Shown piece after piece: positions 62,201 through 64,000 of a stretch of DNA of 64,000 bases. The notes beneath the pieces are model-generated. The model saw only the letters and a program-made list of their open reading frames with translations, was not told the origin of the DNA and did not search any database. The stretch lies in contig JBDRRP010000115.1 in assembly GCA_043825735.1 (NCBI GenBank), forward strand, positions 1-64,000, read 5' to 3'. The translations under genes were made by a program, and so were the position numbers. Positions within the stretch are counted from its first letter, which is position 1; every line of letters begins with the position of its first letter. This stretch comes from Pseudomonadota bacterium (GTDB lineage: Bacteria; Desulfobacterota; Desulfobacteria; Desulfobacterales; JBDRRP01).

Positions 62201-62775
62201 CGGACCGGATGGTCATAGAGCGGAGAGAAGATATCCATGATGCTCCCCCGCACGGCGATATCCCCGGGTTCTTCCACAATGCTGGTACGCGTGTAGCCAC
62301 CGTCCAGCATTTTAGCGACAAGGGCGTCACGGTCGCTTTCTTCGCCTGTCATGAGCAATTCCGCCCAGCTGCAGAGATCCTTACGAGGCATCACTTTATG
62401 AAGCAGGGCATCCACAGAAGCGACCAGGACAAATGGCTCCCGGCTGGTCGCCAAGCGGTATAGCGTGCGAATCCGCTGCGCACTGATGTCGTTATGGTAG
62501 GCCAACGCCTTGAAAGGTGAGATGTGATATGCGGGCAGATGAATAATCGCGTGGTGATCCTCGGGACGAATAAAAAATGCCAGATCATTCAACATGCGGG
62601 TCGCGTCTTTGTCAGTCGGAGTGATGACGCAGGCGGGCTTTCCGGTCGCGGCATAGTGTCTGGAAATCAGATAGCTCGTTTGGGCGCCAGATATACCGCT
62701 GCACTGATAGGCTCCCACCCGCGAGGCGATCTCGTCGAGAAAAGCGGCTAATGTGGTTTTCTCTTGATTTTGCAC
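59263..62775 (-). CDS. mfd: Transcription-repair coupling factor
   Basis: VRGSIMDIF, VH.EHGIG, CGDVGYGKTEVA, DEEQRFGV, TATPIPRT, QLRGRVGR. Confidence 0.97.
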   Translation of the reverse strand: MQNQEKTTLAAFLDEIASRVGAYQCSGISGAQTSYLISRHYAATGKPACVITPTDKDATRMLNDLAFFIRPEDHHAIIHLPAYHISPFKALAYHNDISAQRIRTLYRLATSREPFVLVASVDALLHKVMPRKDLCSWAELLMTGEESDRDALVAKMLDGGYTRTSIVEEPGDIAVRGSIMDIFSPLYDHPVRLEWFGDLVEGIRFFSAASQLQMGDAREIVALPAKEAVLHRDRIDSVISGIRQCAVNCGLSAGQRRDVIARLEAEGVFPELESLLPVFYSKLDTVFDYLPEGCLLFLEAFGQLAGAAAAHETRIQNNYTAAMAHQRLCVPPETLYLQWANAGLAMSPFNSVALDDVVVETAADHRASPPTVTFAIDAVSQFESARPAGADDRHLQPFTDWFQEQTAHKRHVVVACRSRSQAAKLDGVLAPYGVRTHRCDAFSEQGCLQRDVLSVCVGSVSSGFVWVDEGIAILTAEDVFGKSRLSRKRQKPSIRTDILSIESLCQGDLIVHTEHGIGVYQGLERLSIGRADCDFLLLSYQGGDKLYLPVDRMGMVQKYMGVDGIVPVVDKMGGKSWDRVRERVKKSVEKMAGALLKLYAARKVNKGFSFSPPDIYFNEFEAGFTYEETPDQIAAINDVIADMAADDPMDRLICGDVGYGKTEVALRASFIAVNDGKQVAVLVPTTVLAMQHAETFRQRFARFPVTVGLLSRLQTPREQRQVVTDLQEGRIDILIGTHRMLQKDVIFKALGLVIVDEEQRFGVKHKEKLKRMRETVDVLTLTATPIPRTLHMSLLGVRDISVISTPPEQRHAIVTYVTEYDDAIVADAIGHELKRGGQVYFVHNTIRSLNAVAERIRALVPGVRLAVAHGQMAVGELEDVMLAFSGKKIDVLVCTTIIESGLDIPSANTMLVNRADRFGLAQIYQLRGRVGRSDEQAFAYLFVPPDATITRDARKRLKVLMEHSDLGAGFQIAMNDLKIRGGGSILGASQSGHIAAVGYDMFLQLMETTVAELKGEPSVAPLEPEIHLDLTAHFPEDYISDIDQRLSAYRRLVRMTSLKEISAYKCELEDRYGKLPEAASNLLLKIMLRVLAIQAGVKRLDVDGSDMFMWFSDKHVRNPDGIVEMVLLAPDNFSFTRDGVLKARLPAQNWRQRLAKSKNILKEIGQRVNG

Positions 62776-62803
62776 AATAATTCCATTAATTGGGTGCCGT
62801 TAC

Positions 62804-62879
62804 GCCACCGTAGCTCAGTTGGTAGAGCAGCTGATTCGTAATCAGCAGGTCCGCGGTTCGACTCCGCGCGGTGGCTCCA
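62804..62879 (+). tRNA. tRNA-Thr(CGT)
   Basis: 76-nt cloverleaf: GCCACCG/CGGTGGC acceptor, anticodon loop TTCGTAA, TTCGACT T-loop, encoded CCA. Confidence 0.95.
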
Positions 62880-62887
62880 AACGATTC

Positions 62888-62924
62888 AAAGGGATTTCGG
62901 CCAGTTACGCCGAAATCCCTTTTT
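62888..62924 (+). terminator. Intrinsic terminator after tRNA-Thr
   Basis: AAAGGGATTTCGGC-N7-GCCGAAATCCCTTTTT. Confidence 0.75.
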
Positions 62925-63102
62925 CGTTCCGGGGGCACCATACCCCGCTAAACCGGTCCAAATCAAGCTGTTTTGCGGCCAAAATGCGCCCATTTTCCGG
63001 ATAAAGATTTGAAGTCGGTATCAATTTGCCTTCGACCTCGCGCTGCCACCCATTCCCCACTACCATCCCATGTAGACTTCAACCTCACTCTATGGTGGAA
63101 AA

Positions 63103-63594
63103 ATGAGATCGGCTTGTCTCCTTTTGGTGGCATTGGCAGTTGCGGCATGTGGTGGACCGAGCGATATTGACGCGGTTCGAAGCGGCACGATGATGGGTTA
63201 TACGACGACGATCGGCAAAGCGTTCGAAGCCGCATTCGATGAGCCGAGTTGGAAAACGCTCAGCGGAGGACCAGGGCAGCGGACCGTGGAGTTTACCGGG
63301 AAAATTTCTCGGAACCTGCACGAGGCCTTCGTCGCCCATATGGTGGTGACCTACTCCGAGGAGGACATATTCACCGCGGCAATAGCTTCAGGGTACCCCC
63401 CGCCTCCGGTGGGGATGCCGGAGGACCAGTACCCGAAATGGCAAAACGGGTTCCTGGCCACGTTGTGGGCTCCTGGCCAGACGTTTGTGTGCCAGTGGGA
63501 AATTTCGAGGGATACGATGGTGGTCGCCGACATGAGCCTCGATGGAAACAAAATCGAGGACATTGATAGCGCGATAGCGATCATTTGCTGGTAG
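63103..63594 (+). CDS. Hypothetical lipoprotein
   Basis: MRSACLLLVALAVAAC lipobox; 163-codon ORF. Confidence 0.6.
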   Translation: MRSACLLLVALAVAACGGPSDIDAVRSGTMMGYTTTIGKAFEAAFDEPSWKTLSGGPGQRTVEFTGKISRNLHEAFVAHMVVTYSEEDIFTAAIASGYPPPPVGMPEDQYPKWQNGFLATLWAPGQTFVCQWEISRDTMVVADMSLDGNKIEDIDSAIAIICW

Positions 63595-64000
63595 GGGTAC
63601 GGAAAACGCATCAGGCGTGCTTTGGCTTCCTGTATTTTTGCCTCACCGTCACTGAAATCACGTTTGGCCGCTTGGTCATGATGGTACCCAACCACGATGC
63701 GCATATGCCTCCGAGGCTGAACTGGCCGTGCCCTGGCAACGAAGCAGAAACCTGGGTGAATTAATGAGAATGTTGCCACGGGTCTCCATACATGCTACGT
63801 ATCCACTCAAATCCCGTGGAGAGCTATGTATGCGCGGCCGTATATACTCTGACCAAAAATGCCCCGTTTGCGGTGGAAATTTCGTCCATGACGACCATCG
63901 CCAGGGCCTTTTTTGTTTGGATCATTCAAAACAGCAGGCTGCGGGGCGGTTCCGTGTCCAATTTGGTCGGGGTACAAGGCGACGATTTGAGACATACAGA

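Overview
A mostly core-genome window from a GC-rich deltaproteobacterial anaerobe, probably Desulfobacterales-like. That assignment is inferred from ahbC-hemB-ahbD, a PurS-fused PurL with separate PurQ, and the gene order. In order, it holds: a type IV minor-pilin operon ending in a Calx-beta adhesin, plus an inverted fimT paralogue; purL-purQ; rpsB-tsf-pyrH-frr-uppS-cdsA-dxr-rseP; rho-rpmE-prfA-prmC; a tRNA nucleotidyltransferase-family gene; adk, rpsU, folC and tRNA-Arg(CCG); an atypical ClpX-like ATPase next to alternative heme genes; a PPi-dependent PFK; an amino-acid ABC transporter; smc-ftsY; an mfd to recO-glyQS block; and tRNA-Thr(CGT). Two things stand out. First, an AT-rich three-gene insertion encodes a complete NAD-dependent ligase, an unknown protein and a SWIM zinc-finger protein. 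Second, many intergenic gaps carry non-autonomous palindromic elements. These include ~135-bp elements with TCAA-NN-TTGA-like junctions and a duplicated 2-bp core, four-level nesting, a 19-module hairpin array, an 18 x 9-bp GATC array, and elements that overlap stop codons and the frr Shine-Dalgarno. No transposase, integrase or CRISPR array was found. All calls come from reading motifs by eye; no searches were run.
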